A stretch of DNA of 64,000 nucleotides from Gemmatimonas aurantiaca (GTDB lineage Bacteria > Gemmatimonadota > Gemmatimonadetes > Gemmatimonadales > Gemmatimonadaceae). This document shows positions 50,010 through 60,382 of this stretch, one piece after another. The first letter of the stretch is position 1, and each line of letters opens with the position of its first letter. The stretch lies in NCBI RefSeq assembly GCF_037190085.1, contig NZ_JBBCJO010000015.1, positions 3,480 to 67,479 on the forward strand. The letters are read 5' to 3'. The notes beneath the pieces were generated by a model. That model searched no databases and was not told the DNA's origin. It worked only from the letters and a program-made list of their open reading frames with translations. A program made the translations under genes and the position numbers.

Positions 50010-51548
50010 ATGCGCCTTTCTCCACTTCCGCGTGCGCTTTCCGCGACGGCTCTGTTCGCCCTGGCGACGGTCATCTCCACTCCCGTATCCGCTCAGACAC
50101 CGGCACGACGGCCCACGCCGCCGCCGACAAGGCCACGTAGCACTGCCACTGACACGGCCATCACGCAGGCCGAAGTGGCCGCCCGACGGGCCGCATTGGC
50201 CGAGCGAGTCGAGAACGGTGTCGTGCTCGCGTTCGGTGGACGTGCACTCGTGCACGACTTCAGCGCCTTCTACCAGCTCTCGGCGTTCCGGTATCTCACG
50301 GAACTGAACGAACCGGATCACGCATTCGTGATGGTGGTCCGCAACAAACAGGCGCAGAGCACGCTGTTTCTCACCCCGCTCGATGCCCGTACGGCGTTCT
50401 ACTACGGAGAGCGCGTCGATACCGCCTCCAGCCTGAAGAGGTACGGCATCCCCGGGCGCTCCTTTGCGGCGCTGGCCGGTGTGCTCGATTCGCTGGCCGC
50501 CACGGGACTGCCCTTCTACCACATCCCCGATGTGGAAACGATGGATTTCGCGCGCAACGATTCACTCACGCGTGGTCAGCAAGCGGTCAAGACACTCTCG
50601 GACAAATATCCGTCGCTGCCCATCCGGAACGCGATGCCGTTGGTGCTCGATTTGCGCGCGCGCAAATCGCCCGCCGAAATGGCGCTCATCCGGCGGGCCG
50701 CGGAGATCAGCGCGGAGGGCCATCGCGCCGCGATGCTCACCGCCAATCCGCAGCACGAGTACGAGCTGCGTGCCGCGCTCGAATACGAATTCACCCGCCG
50801 GGGCGCCGAACGACCGGCGTACGGTTCCATCGTGGGGGGCGGTTACAACGGCACCACGCTGCACTACATGAAGGACAGCGATCCGGTGAAGCCGGGCGAC
50901 CTCGTCGTGATGGATGCCGCGGCCGAGTTCCGTGGGTATGCAGCGGACATCACGCGCACGATTCCGGTGAGCGGCACCTACACACCGGCCCAGCGCCGCA
51001 TCTATCAACTGGTGCGTGACGCGCAGAACATGGCCGAGCAGATGTCGAAGCCGGGTATGAGCGTGCGCGCCGCCGCGGATTCCTCGGTGGCCGTTCGCAC
51101 ACGCGGGCTCGCGGCCCTGGGACTCATCGAGAGCGAGGACGCCACGTTCGATCCGCCGTGGGCGGTGAATTGCACGATGAGCCCCGCGTCGTGCAAGCAG
51201 GCCAATCTCTGGATGATTCACGGCATCACGCACGGCATCGGCCTCGCGGTGCACGATCCCATGCAGGGCAGCGGACGCGACGCCACGTTCCAGGTGGGTG
51301 ATGCCTTCACCATCGAACCGGGCATCTACGTCAGTTCGCGCGCGCTCGCGGTGCTTCCCGATACACCGAAGAATCGCGCCTTCATCGCAAAAGTGAAGGC
51401 GGTGGTGCAGCAGTACGAGAACACCGGCGTCCGCATCGAAGACGACTATCTCATCACCGACAAGGGCCTCGAGCGCATTTCACTCGTGCCCCGCGAGATG
51501 GACGAAATCGAAGCCCTGATGAAGCGGCGCCGCACGATTCAGCCGTGA
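50010..51548 (+). CDS. Xaa-Pro aminopeptidase (M24B), secreted
   Basis: Signal peptide. M24B metal-ligand blocks VVMDAAAEFRGYAADITRT, HGITHGIGLAVHD, FTIEPG and RIEDD. Confidence 0.85.
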   Translation: MRLSPLPRALSATALFALATVISTPVSAQTPARRPTPPPTRPRSTATDTAITQAEVAARRAALAERVENGVVLAFGGRALVHDFSAFYQLSAFRYLTELNEPDHAFVMVVRNKQAQSTLFLTPLDARTAFYYGERVDTASSLKRYGIPGRSFAALAGVLDSLAATGLPFYHIPDVETMDFARNDSLTRGQQAVKTLSDKYPSLPIRNAMPLVLDLRARKSPAEMALIRRAAEISAEGHRAAMLTANPQHEYELRAALEYEFTRRGAERPAYGSIVGGGYNGTTLHYMKDSDPVKPGDLVVMDAAAEFRGYAADITRTIPVSGTYTPAQRRIYQLVRDAQNMAEQMSKPGMSVRAAADSSVAVRTRGLAALGLIESEDATFDPPWAVNCTMSPASCKQANLWMIHGITHGIGLAVHDPMQGSGRDATFQVGDAFTIEPGIYVSSRALAVLPDTPKNRAFIAKVKAVVQQYENTGVRIEDDYLITDKGLERISLVPREMDEIEALMKRRRTIQP

Positions 51549-54337
51549 TGGTGCCTCTGTCTCCTTCAACCGTTTACCGCATGCGTCGTTCCACCACACT
51601 GCTGTTCACCTCGGGCCTGGTCGCCGGCACCATCGGCTCCACCACGATCGATGCCCAACCCAGGCCCACGGTGACGCCGGCCGACTATGCGCAATGGGAA
51701 ATGCCGGGCGCCCCGCGCCTGTCGCCCCGTGGTGACTGGACGGCGATACCGATGACGCGCATGAACGACAGCAGTGAAGTGCGCCTCATCGGTGGCCCGC
51801 GCGACACCACCATCATCATTCCGTTTGCCATGCCGGCGACCTTCTCGCCCGCCGGCGGGTGGGTAGGTATGCTCGTCGGGATATCCACGGCCGAACGGGA
51901 GCGGCTCACCCGCGAAAAGAAGCCGGTGCGCAACAGTGTCCAGCTCCGTCATCTCGGCACCGGGCAGGTCATCACCGAGACGGATGTCAACGCCTTTGCG
52001 TTCAGCGCCAACGGACGCTTCGTGACGCTCACGCGGTATCCGCAGGAAGGCAAACCGGTTTCCGATGTGCTGGTCTACGACCTCACGCGGGGCACCCGTC
52101 TCACCTTCCCGTCGGTGCGGGACCAGGCCTGGGCCGACGGCACGGGCGCTGGCGCCACCGGTGCGCTGCTGGCTCTGGCCATCGATGGCGACGGTCCGTC
52201 GGGGTATTCGGTGCAACTGTACGATGCGGCGGCCAATACGTTGCGCGTCCTGGAGAACGGGGCGGTCCCTTACCGCGCGCTGGCGTGGCGTCGCCGTGCG
52301 GCCGATCTCGCCGTTCTGCGCGGCGTCGTGGACAAGGCGTGGCGCGACACGGCGCACGTGCTCGTCACCTGGCGCGATGTGACCGGCAATGCCACGTCGC
52401 GTGTCCTCGATCCGGCCACCATGAACGGGTTTCCCGCCCGCATGCGCATCGCGGAACACCGCCGTCCCACGTGGTCACGGGACGGTCAGGTGATGTTCTT
52501 CGGTCTGCGTCCGCGATTGGCCGCGGCCGATGCCATCAAGAAGAGCGCCGACAAAGTCTCCGATGTGGAGATCTGGCATACCAACGACGTGCGCATGTTC
52601 CCGCAACAGAAGGCCCAGGAGGCGCAGGATCTGCGCAGCACGCTGCTCACGGCCTGGCATCAGGGTGACGACCGCATCGTACAGATCGGCACCGACCTCG
52701 AGGAGCAGGCGGCCGCACTGGAGAACGGACGCTGGGCCACCGAGATCGATCGCAAGCCTTATCCCTGGGAGTGGAAGTTCGGCCGCAATGTGCAGGACGT
52801 ATGGGCCGTGAATCTCGAGACCGGGGCACGCACGAAAGTCCTGCAGCGTGTGCGGCACTACTACGGCGGCGATCCCACCGGAACGAAACTCGCCTGGTCG
52901 GACGGCCGGGACTACTGGGTCGTCGATCTGGCTTCCGGTACGCGCACCAATCTGACCGGTGCGCTCACCCGGGGCGGCAAGGCCGACTTCGTGGATCACG
53001 ACGACGATCACCCCACCGATATCCCCCACATCTTCCCCATCGTGGCGTGGAGCAAGACGGGTGACGCGCTGCTGGTGAACGACACCCACGATGTCTGGCG
53101 GCTCGCCGTGAATGGCGGCGGCAACACCCGGCTCACCAACGGTGCGCGGGATCAGGTCGTCCACCGTCTGGTGAACTTCGCGCCCTTCGGCGCATCGGTG
53201 GTGGAGCGCGCGGTGGATCTCGAAGCGCCCCTCTATTTCACGCTCACCGGACGTCTGAGCAAACAGAGCGGGTACGCCCGTCGGGCCGGCGATGGCACGG
53301 TGCAACGCCTGATGCTCGTCGACGCCGGACATTCGACGCTCGTCAAGGCCGACAGCGCCGACATCTTTGCGTTCACGCGCCAGCGCTACGACACATCGCC
53401 CAATGTGTTCGTCGGTGACGACCCCGCCACGGCAAAGGCCGTCACGGCCACCAATCCGCAGCAGGCGAAGTATGCGTGGGGAAAGGCGGAGCTCATGAAC
53501 TTCCGCAGCACCATTGGTGTGCCCCTGCAGGCGCTGCTGTACTATCCGGCCAATTACGATCCGGCGAAGAAGTATCCGCTCATCGTGTACACCTACGAGC
53601 GGCTTTCACAGGGGCTGCACGGCTACATCGCCCCCAACGATCGCAACTACTACAACGCCACGGTGTTCTCACAGCAAGGCTACTTCGTGCTGATGCCGGA
53701 CATCGTCTTCCGTCCCCGCGAGCCCGGCATCGGCACGAAGTACGCCGTCGAGCCGGCCGTGCGCGCCGTCATTGCCCGGGGCCTCGTGGATCCGGCGCGG
53801 GTCGGCCACGTGGGGCATTCGCAGGGTGGGTACGAAGCCGCCTATCTCGCCACGCACAGCAATCTCTTCCAGACCACCATCGTGGGGTCGGGGATCACCG
53901 ACATGATCAGCTTTGCGGGCCAGTTGCACTGGAGTCAGGGCACGGCGGAGTTCGATCACTGGGAGACCGGTCAGTTCCGCATGCAGGTCGCGCCATGGGA
54001 AGACACGAAAGCCATGATCGACAACTCGCCGCTGGCCCGCGTGCATCAGATGCAGGCGAAGAGCATGCTCATCGAGATCGGCAGTGACGATGGGACGGTC
54101 GATCCCAGACAGGGCTCCCTGTTCTACAACTACGCCCGTCGCGCCGGCAAGCAGGTCGTGATGCTCACCTATCCCGGTGAAGGACACGGCCTCACCAAGC
54201 GTGAGAATCAGCGCGACTACCAGACGCGCATCCTCGAGTGGTTCGGCCACTACCTCAAGGGCGAACCCGCTCCACGCTGGATCACGGAAGGCCAGACCGC
54301 GCTCGAACGCCGGGCCATCCTCGACGCAAACAAGTAA
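51545..54337 (+). CDS. S9-family serine peptidase (prolyl oligopeptidase/acylaminoacyl-peptidase type) with N-terminal beta-propeller
   Basis: C-terminal alpha/beta hydrolase domain with GHSQGGYEA (GxSxGG), ..GSDDGTVD.. and GEGHGL. The start overlaps the pepP-like stop (GTGATG). A later ATG at 51581 gives a cleaner signal peptide. Confidence 0.85.
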   Translation: MMVPLSPSTVYRMRRSTTLLFTSGLVAGTIGSTTIDAQPRPTVTPADYAQWEMPGAPRLSPRGDWTAIPMTRMNDSSEVRLIGGPRDTTIIIPFAMPATFSPAGGWVGMLVGISTAERERLTREKKPVRNSVQLRHLGTGQVITETDVNAFAFSANGRFVTLTRYPQEGKPVSDVLVYDLTRGTRLTFPSVRDQAWADGTGAGATGALLALAIDGDGPSGYSVQLYDAAANTLRVLENGAVPYRALAWRRRAADLAVLRGVVDKAWRDTAHVLVTWRDVTGNATSRVLDPATMNGFPARMRIAEHRRPTWSRDGQVMFFGLRPRLAAADAIKKSADKVSDVEIWHTNDVRMFPQQKAQEAQDLRSTLLTAWHQGDDRIVQIGTDLEEQAAALENGRWATEIDRKPYPWEWKFGRNVQDVWAVNLETGARTKVLQRVRHYYGGDPTGTKLAWSDGRDYWVVDLASGTRTNLTGALTRGGKADFVDHDDDHPTDIPHIFPIVAWSKTGDALLVNDTHDVWRLAVNGGGNTRLTNGARDQVVHRLVNFAPFGASVVERAVDLEAPLYFTLTGRLSKQSGYARRAGDGTVQRLMLVDAGHSTLVKADSADIFAFTRQRYDTSPNVFVGDDPATAKAVTATNPQQAKYAWGKAELMNFRSTIGVPLQALLYYPANYDPAKKYPLIVYTYERLSQGLHGYIAPNDRNYYNATVFSQQGYFVLMPDIVFRPREPGIGTKYAVEPAVRAVIARGLVDPARVGHVGHSQGGYEAAYLATHSNLFQTTIVGSGITDMISFAGQLHWSQGTAEFDHWETGQFRMQVAPWEDTKAMIDNSPLARVHQMQAKSMLIEIGSDDGTVDPRQGSLFYNYARRAGKQVVMLTYPGEGHGLTKRENQRDYQTRILEWFGHYLKGEPAPRWITEGQTALERRAILDANK

Positions 54338-54359
54338 CGGCCCGTCGGTCGAGGTCTTC

Positions 54360-55823
54360 TCAGGACCCTCTGAGGCGCGCGAATTCCGGTTTCGTGGCCG
54401 TCAGAATCTCGAGCACGTCCCGACGATCCTCGGCGGAAATGTTCTGCAGGTCGGGAGTGCGATCGGTGCCGTTCAGAATGCCGTAGAGACGCGTATACAC
54501 GGCGCGCTTCGCCAGTTCGGGGAGCGCGTCGAACGCTTCCGAATACACGAGGAAGCTGAGACGGTATTTGAACAGCCGCTTGTCGAGATCGAGCGCACGC
54601 AGCGACCGACCTTTGGGATCACGCGGCCCGCGGGCCATGAACTCCTCGGCAAAACGCGTCGATCCCCGCACCGGAGCCTCGAACGAGGCCTCGTTCACGA
54701 AGAGCATCCCGCGCACGAGCGTCTCCACCGCGCCGCGCAGACGCGGCGTGACCACCGGGCCGGCCTGACGAGCCTCCGGTGGAGCGATCGCGGCTTCCAT
54801 CACGGCCTCCCGCGCGGCTTCATGCGTGGCCGTGATCAGATTGTGCAGAATCGTCTGGTGCGTGAGCACCATGATGGCCACGATGTCGCTCTGCGTCGTC
54901 AGGTAGTACGTGGAGTCGAACTTCCCCGACAGATTGGGGAGCTGACTCTCGGCGCGCGGATCGAACTTCGTCCGGAACTGCGCCTTGTCGGACACCTGAC
55001 CGTTCAACACCGGCGCATACACATTGCCCGCGTGCCCCACGTTGCCGTACGTGCCGGTCACGTACCAGCCGCCGAATCGCTGACGGAGCGGCGTGGCGTC
55101 GGTGGTGGGCCCATCGTGCACACCGGTGATGGGATAACCGTGCCGGTCGGCAATGGTCGACAGCACCATGAACCCGGGCACGCCTCCGGTGACACTGCGG
55201 GAGTGATGGCACATCAGACAGGTGGTCGTCTCCTTGGAAAAGCGCGGCTTGTCGCGCTCGGCCTGCCCGAAGGTGTAGAACCGTCCACCGGCCGTGGGAT
55301 GCACCGCCGCGATTTCGAGAAAATCGCTGTCGAACACATACCCGACGTACACGTCGTCATTGAAATACAGCGCCCGCGGCGACCACGGCGTGATCTTGTC
55401 GGTCTGCAGACTGGTACGCGAGAAGACCAGCATCTGTGAAGACACCGGGATGTCCAGCGCCTTGAGCACGGCCGGCAGATATCCCAGGATCGAGTCGTGC
55501 GCGAGCGTCACCGTACCGGCTTCGAGCTTGGCCTGCAATCGCATCACCGGATCCAGCACGCTGGTGTCCTGCTCCCCCGGAGCCCTGACACCCGATGCGA
55601 CCGTCGCGGCTTCGAATCGGTCCGCCCAGGGAACGGCGGTCCGGGAGACAGGCGTGAAGGTCGCCGGAGCAAGCGATGTCGTCGGGGCATCCCACGACGT
55701 CGCCACCATCGACACGCCGGTCGACATGTCCTGCGACGGGTTCATGGATGCGGTGGCGCTGGCAGTCGCCACCACACCGCCGATGACACCCGCCGCGCTG
55801 AGCCAGGCCCGGAATGGACGCAT
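54360..55823 (-). CDS. Conserved hypothetical secreted protein with single CxxCH haem-binding motif
   Basis: Signal-like MRPFRAWLSAAGVIGGVVATASA and CLMCHH (CxxCH) at mid-protein. No other recognisable catalytic motif. Confidence 0.6.
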   Translation of the reverse strand: MRPFRAWLSAAGVIGGVVATASATASMNPSQDMSTGVSMVATSWDAPTTSLAPATFTPVSRTAVPWADRFEAATVASGVRAPGEQDTSVLDPVMRLQAKLEAGTVTLAHDSILGYLPAVLKALDIPVSSQMLVFSRTSLQTDKITPWSPRALYFNDDVYVGYVFDSDFLEIAAVHPTAGGRFYTFGQAERDKPRFSKETTTCLMCHHSRSVTGGVPGFMVLSTIADRHGYPITGVHDGPTTDATPLRQRFGGWYVTGTYGNVGHAGNVYAPVLNGQVSDKAQFRTKFDPRAESQLPNLSGKFDSTYYLTTQSDIVAIMVLTHQTILHNLITATHEAAREAVMEAAIAPPEARQAGPVVTPRLRGAVETLVRGMLFVNEASFEAPVRGSTRFAEEFMARGPRDPKGRSLRALDLDKRLFKYRLSFLVYSEAFDALPELAKRAVYTRLYGILNGTDRTPDLQNISAEDRRDVLEILTATKPEFARLRGS

Positions 55824-56030
55824 ATCCGAAGAAAAGTGGGTGATAGGATGCAGGTATTTATCGATACGCACAGCCTGTCCATTTCGCTCGCGATGGGATG
55901 ACGCCGGTGCTCTTCCCAGGCCCGTCAATTCTCATGGACGAGGCGTCTTTCACCGGGACAAGCGGTGAAACTCGATGAGCGGAGAGGCGTGGTGGCATCG
56001 AGGCTTCTTCCTTCCCACCCGCTCTCCTCA

Positions 56031-57548
56031 ATGCACACGATCCAGAATCTCATGCGGATGTCGGCGATGATGTCACCACACCCGATATCTTCCCGCCTTG
56101 CCCTGGTCCTCACCACTGCCGCATCGATCGCGGTCTCGCCCGTGTTGCCGGATACGATTGGCGCACAATCCGCGGCGCCACGCCGCGGCAATGATCCCGC
56201 GGCCGAGGCGCTGGTGGCCCGCTCGCTGGCGCGGATGGGCGGCGACAGTCTGCTGCGCTCCATCACCTCCCTGCGCATGGATGTGATGACACAATGGCAG
56301 CGCATCGGTTTCGCCGATCATCCCTATGCCGACGCTCCCTCGTACGAACGCCATACCGATCTGCGCGACTACACCACCAACAGTTGGCGCAATACGCGTT
56401 TCTTCCTGCCGTCGCCCGCCGCATCGGTGGACATCGTGCGGGATACCATCGGTGCGCGCTGGTTCGTGCCACCCAGCGGCGCGGCAACCATCACCCCGCT
56501 CAACATCGCCTATGTCGATGAGCGGCGGGAACTCTTTGCCTTTGCGCCCGAACGCACGCTGCAGCTTGCCCGGGCATCGGGAGCGATGCGTCTGCTCTCC
56601 GACACGGTCATCGATGGCGCTGCCCACGTGCGTATCTCCGCCACCGTCGATGGATTTCCTGCCGTCTGGTTCGTCCGTCGCAGTACGGCGCTGCTGGGCA
56701 TGGTCCGTTTCACCGCCGACGAGACCAACGACTTCGGACTCGCGCCCTGGGCCCGACAGGAGATCGAGTTCTGGTACTCCGGATGGACACGCTACAATCC
56801 CGGCGTGCTGCTCCCGCGTCAGCGCGATGTCCGTCGTGTCGGTCGCCCGTACAAGCGCATGACGGCACTGGCCCTGAACATCAACGCAGCCGCGCCTGCC
56901 GACTCCTTTGCCATCCCCGATTCCACGGCGACACGATACCTCTCCACCGAGCAACGGCCGATGTGGAATGCGCCACTCGATTCCGTGCAATTCATCGAAC
57001 AGTCGTTCGTCACATTCCCGCCCTTCCTCGGCAACGCGGGTGTGGTGCGTATCGGCGGGCAGTGGGTGCTGCTCGAAACGGCGCAGGCCGAAGGAGCCGT
57101 GAATCTGCTGGACACCTGGCTCACGAAGCAGACGGGCGCGGGGGTATCCGCCGCGATCATCGCGAGGCCAACCAGTGGCAACGGTGGTGTGCGCTGGTTC
57201 ACCGCGCGACGCAAACCCACATACGTGACACCGGGAGTGCGCCCCGCGATGCGTCGCATGATCGGCGCGGACGCCGCAACGCATCTGCAGGTCGTCGCAC
57301 GGCCGCAGTGGGTGCGCGTGGGCAGCGACTCGCTGTTGCTCACACCTTTTGAACTGCCGGATTTCGGCACGGCCCTGGCGGTGTACTCGCCCACGCTGCG
57401 CTGGCTCTACACACCCTTCGCCGGTCTTCCCGCCTATCAGACCGAACATGACACGCTGCTCGCGGACCTCCGTGCCCGGAAGCTGCCCGTGGAATGGCTC
57501 GGGACAGTGCGCTCACTCAGAGCTCCCGCTCCACGCGCATCGAACTGA
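56031..57548 (+). CDS. Secreted hypothetical protein (C-terminal half faintly metallo-beta-lactamase-fold-like but lacking an HxHxDH motif)
   Basis: Signal-like LALVLTTAASIAVSPVLP. The pattern GNAGVVRIGGQWVLLETAQ.. resembles the first strands of MBL folds, but no His cluster follows. The start is uncertain. Confidence 0.45.
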   Translation: MHTIQNLMRMSAMMSPHPISSRLALVLTTAASIAVSPVLPDTIGAQSAAPRRGNDPAAEALVARSLARMGGDSLLRSITSLRMDVMTQWQRIGFADHPYADAPSYERHTDLRDYTTNSWRNTRFFLPSPAASVDIVRDTIGARWFVPPSGAATITPLNIAYVDERRELFAFAPERTLQLARASGAMRLLSDTVIDGAAHVRISATVDGFPAVWFVRRSTALLGMVRFTADETNDFGLAPWARQEIEFWYSGWTRYNPGVLLPRQRDVRRVGRPYKRMTALALNINAAAPADSFAIPDSTATRYLSTEQRPMWNAPLDSVQFIEQSFVTFPPFLGNAGVVRIGGQWVLLETAQAEGAVNLLDTWLTKQTGAGVSAAIIARPTSGNGGVRWFTARRKPTYVTPGVRPAMRRMIGADAATHLQVVARPQWVRVGSDSLLLTPFELPDFGTALAVYSPTLRWLYTPFAGLPAYQTEHDTLLADLRARKLPVEWLGTVRSLRAPAPRASN

Positions 57549-57619
57549 CGGAGTCCGCTGATTGAGGAGAGGGCGCGATACGGGCATGGAGAGCACATCC
57601 GATGCATCGGGTGCATACT

Positions 57620-58417
57620 ATGCCCATGCCACGCCCTCTTTCCATTCTGCCGCTGGCGCTGCTGGTCACGCTCGGCACCGCAGCGTCCGTACCTGCCCGT
57701 CAGGACAACCGCTTCACCGTCGCCACCTACAACATCCGCCATGGTCGCGGCATGGACGAGGCGGTGAACCTGAAGCGCACCGGTGATGCGATCGGTGCAC
57801 TCGGTGCGGATGTGGTGGCATTGCAGGAGGTGGACCGCAACGTGGAGCGTTCCGGTCGCATCGACGAACCGCGGGTGCTGGGCGAGCAACTGAACATGAA
57901 AGACGAGTTCGGTGCGTTCTTCCCGTATCAGGGCGGAGAGTACGGCATGGCGCTGCTCTCGCGGTTCCCCATCCGTCGCACCGAAGCATTACGTCTTCCC
58001 GACGGCAACGAACCGCGGGTCGCTCTGTTCGCCGAGATCGAGTTGCCATCGCGACGGCGCGTGCTCGTGGTGAACGTGCATTTCGACTGGGTGGACAACG
58101 ACACGCTGCGGTATGCGCAGGTGCAGGCGCTTGCCGCCGTGCTCGATACGGTGCAGCTGCCCACCATCCTGCTCGGCGACTTCAACGATCAACCGGGCTC
58201 CCGCACCCTCTCGCGGTGGCGGGAGCGCTTCCGGGCCGCGGAGAAGCCGGTGGGTGATCGTTTCACGTTCTCGTCCACCGAACCGAAATACGAGATCGAT
58301 CACATCCTGCTCGGCCCTCCGAATGCCTGGGAGTCCGCCACCGCGCGGGTGATGACGGATCCGCTCACGTCGGACCATCGTCCGGTCGTGGCAACCGTGA
58401 GGCTGCGCGGGCGATAG
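57620..58417 (+). CDS. Endonuclease/exonuclease/phosphatase (EEP) family protein, secreted
   Basis: FTVATYNIRHG, VVALQEVD, NVHFDW, LLGDFN and the terminal SDHRPV. Confidence 0.82.
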   Translation: MPMPRPLSILPLALLVTLGTAASVPARQDNRFTVATYNIRHGRGMDEAVNLKRTGDAIGALGADVVALQEVDRNVERSGRIDEPRVLGEQLNMKDEFGAFFPYQGGEYGMALLSRFPIRRTEALRLPDGNEPRVALFAEIELPSRRRVLVVNVHFDWVDNDTLRYAQVQALAAVLDTVQLPTILLGDFNDQPGSRTLSRWRERFRAAEKPVGDRFTFSSTEPKYEIDHILLGPPNAWESATARVMTDPLTSDHRPVVATVRLRGR

Positions 58418-58512
58418 CGCCGTCTGAAAGCCGATGGGCAGTCGAGCCGCTTCGGCCTGCGCGCTTCGATGTATCCGCTTCGACCTGTCCGACGCGACGT
58501 ACCCGGTTCGGT

Positions 58513-59637
58513 CTATCCGAGCGCCGCGGCGAGATCCCGGAGCAGACGGCCCGTCTCCTCGATGCCCACACAGGCATCGGTGATGCTCTGCCCCGGGCGC
58601 ATCGGCACACCGGGCACGAAGAGTTGACGCCCCTCTTCGAGATGGCTTTCGAGCATCACGCCGAGCACATGGGTCATGTCTTCCGTGCGACTGTGCACGC
58701 GGTGCACGATGTCCTCCAGTACCACCGCCTGCGCCCCCGAAGGGCCGGCGTTGCCATGACCGCAGTCGATCATGAGACGCGGCACCAGACGCTCACGCGC
58801 CAGTGACGCACTCGCGACATGTACCGAATGCCGGTCCGTATTCGGACGTGATCCGCCACGCAGAATGAGATGGGTATCGGCGTTGCCGGCCGTCATGCGC
58901 ACACCGGCCCGTCCCGCGTCATCCACCGCCAGCATCCGATGCGGCGCGCTCGCGGCGGTCATGCCGTTGATGGCCGCCCTGATATCCCCACCCGAGCCGT
59001 TCTTGAACCCCACGGGGCAGGCAAGCCCAGACGCCATCTGCCGGTGCAACGGGCTCTCCACCGTGCGCGCGCCGATGGCGCACCAGGCCACCAGGTCTTC
59101 GAGATAACTGACGACCATCGGGTCCACGAACTCCGTGGCCACGGGCACACCCATCGCGTTCACATCGCGAAAGAGGGTACGTGCAATACGCAGCCCGTCA
59201 TTCACGCGGCCACTGCCATCGAGTCGGGGATCGTGCACCAGACCCGTCCAGCCCAGACGGGTTCGCGGTTTTTCCACGTACACCCGCATCACGAGCAGCA
59301 GCGATTTCTCCACGTCACGCTGCAACGCCTGGATATGCGCCGCGTATTCCAGCGCCGCATCGACATCGTGCACGGAACACGGACCCACCACCACCAGCCA
59401 GCGTCGATCGGCGCCCTGCAGGATGTTCCGGATATCGGCGCGCGCGCGCTGCACCGTGGTCTGCACCGACGCATCCGCGGGCAGTTCGGCCCGCAATACA
59501 CCAGACGTGATCAGCTCGCCGGTTGCATCACCGGGCGGAACACCGGGCAGCCCATCGGCTGTTGCCACCGCCGGTGCATCGGACGGCGCTGCAAGAGTAG
59601 CTCCATCAGCCATGGAGCGACGCTCCACCATCGACAT
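58513..59637 (-). CDS. Class I 3-deoxy-7-phosphoheptulonate (DAHP) synthase
   Basis: VVGPCSVHD, EKPRTRLGW.GL, IGARTVESPLHRQMASGL.CPVGFKNG and IDCGHGN blocks. About 40-aa N-terminal extension, so the start is uncertain (59637 or 59613). Confidence 0.88.
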   Translation of the reverse strand: MSMVERRSMADGATLAAPSDAPAVATADGLPGVPPGDATGELITSGVLRAELPADASVQTTVQRARADIRNILQGADRRWLVVVGPCSVHDVDAALEYAAHIQALQRDVEKSLLLVMRVYVEKPRTRLGWTGLVHDPRLDGSGRVNDGLRIARTLFRDVNAMGVPVATEFVDPMVVSYLEDLVAWCAIGARTVESPLHRQMASGLACPVGFKNGSGGDIRAAINGMTAASAPHRMLAVDDAGRAGVRMTAGNADTHLILRGGSRPNTDRHSVHVASASLARERLVPRLMIDCGHGNAGPSGAQAVVLEDIVHRVHSRTEDMTHVLGVMLESHLEEGRQLFVPGVPMRPGQSITDACVGIEETGRLLRDLAAALG

Positions 59638-60382
59638 AGAGTTCGTTCATCGTGATATGACCGGCCCGGTCCGACAGCAGGAACAGCACGGCCTCGGCGA
59701 TATCGCGCGGCTCGGCCAGTTTGGCGAGCGGGATACCGATCTTGAATTGTTCAGGTGCACCCGCAATGACACTCTCGACGCCCTGCTCCGCCAGCATCCC
59801 CGCCAGCATGGGTGTGCGGGTGGATCCCGGCGCCACCACATTGCAGCGCACACCGAATGGCGCCAGCTCGAGCCCCAGACTCCTGGTGAACAATGCGGCG
59901 GCGGCTTTTGATGCACCATACGCGGCCATCCCCTGCCTGGGAACGCCACCCGCGTTGGAGCTCACGGTGACGATGCTGCCGCGCCGCTGTGTCATCATGT
60001 GACGGGCCAGGGCGCGCGAGAGATTGAAGACGCCCGTGGTATTCACCGCGAAGAGACGCTGCCAGCTCTCGTCGTCCGTGTCCACGACCGATGCGGTGTG
60101 CAGCACACCGGCGACGTTCACCCCGAAACGCACCGGCCCCCACTCGTCGATGGCGCGTGCCACGAGGGCGTTCACTTCCGTGGATTGCGACACATCGGCC
60201 ACGACGCAGCGCACCCGGTCGGCATCGTGACCGGCGAACGGAGGCATCACTCTGTCGAAGGCCACCACCCGTACGCCTTCGGCCAGCAGCGCCGATACGA
60301 TGGCCGAACCGATACCACCCGCGGCACCGCTCACGATTGCCACCTCGCCCTGCAGACCGGAAAGGCTCCTGGAAAGGCTCAT
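59606..60382 (-). CDS. entA: 2,3-dihydro-2,3-dihydroxybenzoate dehydrogenase (EntA/DhbA-like SDR)
   Basis: The sequence is colinear with DhbA as I recall it: [54 protein letters not shown] and AGHITM..L.VDGGA.L. ATGA overlap with the NRPS stop (60379-60382). Confidence 0.8.
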   Translation of the reverse strand: MSLSRSLSGLQGEVAIVSGAAGGIGSAIVSALLAEGVRVVAFDRVMPPFAGHDADRVRCVVADVSQSTEVNALVARAIDEWGPVRFGVNVAGVLHTASVVDTDDESWQRLFAVNTTGVFNLSRALARHMMTQRRGSIVTVSSNAGGVPRQGMAAYGASKAAAALFTRSLGLELAPFGVRCNVVAPGSTRTPMLAGMLAEQGVESVIAGAPEQFKIGIPLAKLAEPRDIAEAVLFLLSDRAGHITMNELYVDGGASLHG

